From contig OZ024745.1 of assembly GCA_964016885.1 (NCBI GenBank), forward strand, positions 79,112,001 to 79,176,000: a stretch of 64,000 bases of DNA. Direction: 5' to 3'. Positions 61,800-64,000 of the stretch are shown here, piece after piece. The DNA comes from Eledone cirrhosa. Lineage: Eukaryota. A program made the translations under genes and the position numbers. Under the pieces are notes generated by a model. That model made no database searches, was not told where the DNA came from, and saw nothing but the letters and a program-made list of their open reading frames with translations. Position 1 is the stretch's first letter; every line of letters begins with the position of its first letter.

Positions 61800-62720
61800 T
61801 GTCCATTTTTGTTCTTCTTTATTTGTTGATCCTTTGTAGATTGTACATCCTAATCCTTGATGTACAGCTTCAAATGCAGTTGGGGAATGTAAATGTTTAG
61901 TTGGAGAGGCCAGGTGTATCTTTGCAAGTTATTTTTCTCACTTCTGATAGTGTTGACTGTATTTCTCTTTCGTGTCTTCAGTCTCCTTTCAATAATGAGA
62001 TCAAAGTAAACAATAGGTAATGTCTTGTGCTCTTGAAGCGTCAGTGGTCTTCAGCTGGTCTTTAAACTGCTTCTCTGATCTTCCAGTGAAGTGTTGACTA
62101 TGGTGTGATTGGCTGGAGTGGATCTTATGAGGATCTTGTCAGATATGTGCACTTTATGTTCAGATCATCTCAAACGGTATTTGTATAGTGTAGATTCAGA
62201 GTTAAGGGTATTGGTTTAACAATATTTCTGTGTGTGTATAATCCTATCTCGCCAAGTGACAATGGATTTTCTAGAGACACTGGATATTAAAGGTCTCTCA
62301 AGCCATAATGTGTTTGCTAAGCATTTAGAATGCAATTTGTGATAGTTGTTTAGAAAAATTCTTTCTGACCTTCCCAGAAGATACAAATGCCTCTCTGCAA
62401 CAGTTTAGAATCTCCTTGTTCAGTGTGTAGTCATCAGAAAAAATGCTACTTAAGTATCTAAATTGAGACAGTGTGGCATAGATGTTGTACTGAGAAAGTG
62501 GTGGGGAGAGGAGACAGTGCATTGCTATTGATTGATGATATCAGTTTTCTGACAGTTAACTGACAGTCCAGTATAGATGTTAATACTCCTGCAATAATTA
62601 TACATATTGTGACCTGTACGTCCTGATGTAGTTGTAAGGGTGCTGTAGTAACATACTTGTCATGGGCATTTTAAACCTGATAGAGCCCGTCCTACTCCAG
62701 TCTGAACACAGCTGATTTCT
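61800..62720 (-). mobile_element. Decayed RTE LINE C-terminal fragment
   Basis: QFRYLSSIFSDD..LNKEI motif and downstream RP..RF/D-like remnants. Confidence 0.55.
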
Positions 62721-63562
62721 TCCATAGAAGGAGAGAGAGGAAGAGTGAAAGAAGAATTGATCTCAGTACTGAACCTGTGCATTTTTTTTATTCATCTCAA
62801 AAAGATGAAAAGTGAAGTTGACCTTAGCTGGATTTGAACTCAGAGCACAGAAAGCCAAAACGAATACTGCAAAGCATTCTATCTGACTGTGTGTTTAAAA
62901 CATACTATCATATTAATCAGAAAAGATGTTAACTGTTTGGAAATTTATTCTAGCAGCGCCTAGCTAACCTTAATTTATATAACCTTGTTATATCATGATT
63001 TCTATTTTAAGCAGAAGGCCTGATATTTTGGGAAGAGGGGAGAGAAAAGCTAATTAAATTGACCGCAACTTGACTGGTGCTTTATTTTATCCACCTCGGG
63101 ATAACAAAAGTCAGAGTTGACCTTGATAGGATTTGAACTCAGAACATAAAGAGCCATAACCAAATACTATGGATCATTTTCTCTAGTGCTCTAATGATTC
63201 TGCCAATCCACTGCTCTTATAAATAAACTGTTTGGTCTGGTGTCCATTCTATTGACCCAGTCAGGAATGACCTTAACAATGACTGAAATAAAAAAAACAA
63301 AAATACTCTATCCTTAAGGAGCATTGGACAAAATACCTTGTGGTATTTGGTTACATTCCTTTATGTTATGAGTTAAACTCTTGCCTAAGTCAACTTCACC
63401 TTTCATTCTTCCACAGTCCATAAAATAAGAACTGGGGTCGATGTAGTTGATTGTGCCTGACAAAGTAAAATCAGAGGATTGAAAACAGTAAAAAAAAAAA
63501 AATTTATGACTTTTTCCCCCGATTTATTTCAATATTCAAACAATCACTTTGTTTATTTTAAG

Positions 63563-63653
63563 GTTCAACACAATACTGTAAGGGAAAATATCCTGGATGA
63601 AATTTTTGCCCGGATTGGATCATCAGAATCGAAACCTGTTACCCATATTCTTG
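63563..63653 (+). CDS. FANCI: FANCI coding exon 12 (gene continues beyond the window)
   Basis: taag|VQHNTVRENILDEIFARIGSSESKPVTHIL|gtaatg; 91 nt. Compare human IHEMIRQEILEQVLNRV...PISHFL. Confidence 0.92.
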
Positions 63654-64000
63654 GTAATGTATGATTCTTCATCCTCCTTTTCTTTTTTTTTAACATATAG
63701 TCAGAGAGGGAAGGGTAATAGCCATGATCCTTTTCAGGGCTCCTGAGATAGGTGGGATGGATGGAGAGAGGTCCCCTCAAATTTGAAACATAGCTTGAAT
63801 GCTTTTAACAGAGCAGACTCTGTTAAATGCAGCCAAAGACCAAGTGGTGGTCTTAAATGAGGCAATGAATTAAGTTTATTACTTATGTAGACCACAGTCA
63901 GATTTGAACTCAAAACTAAAAGAGCTGGAATAAATACAAAGCATCCTGTTTGATGTTTTAATAATTCCACCAGTCCATAACCTTCGATTGGTACTTTATT

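Overview
Eukaryotic, AT-rich, repeat-dense genomic DNA, most likely from an octopus or other coleoid cephalopod (inferred from the SINE/RTE repeat types, not verified). Two multi-exon genes lie head-to-head. (1) On the minus strand is a complete PAIP2 (poly(A)-binding protein-interacting protein 2) with coding exons 22446-22556, 19008-19136, 16855-16989 and 14536-14595, and probably a 3'UTR of about 5 kb. Its two middle exons are homologous to each other and look like a mutually exclusive pair. (2) On the plus strand is the 5' part of FANCI (12 coding exons from 42041/42059 to 63653, continuing past the window), preceded by an E2F/CHR-like motif near 39.2 kb. The rest is transposon debris: CR1, RTE, L1/Tx1 and CRE-type LINEs, Gypsy remnants, a mariner remnant, a complete non-autonomous Helitron, piggyBac-like MITEs and many tRNA-derived SINEs. 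Two clusters of (TA)n-embedded, palindromic, Penelope-like elements carry minimal type I hammerhead ribozyme motifs. Most entries in the supplied ORF track are spurious; the real exons were assembled by hand from splice sites and translation.
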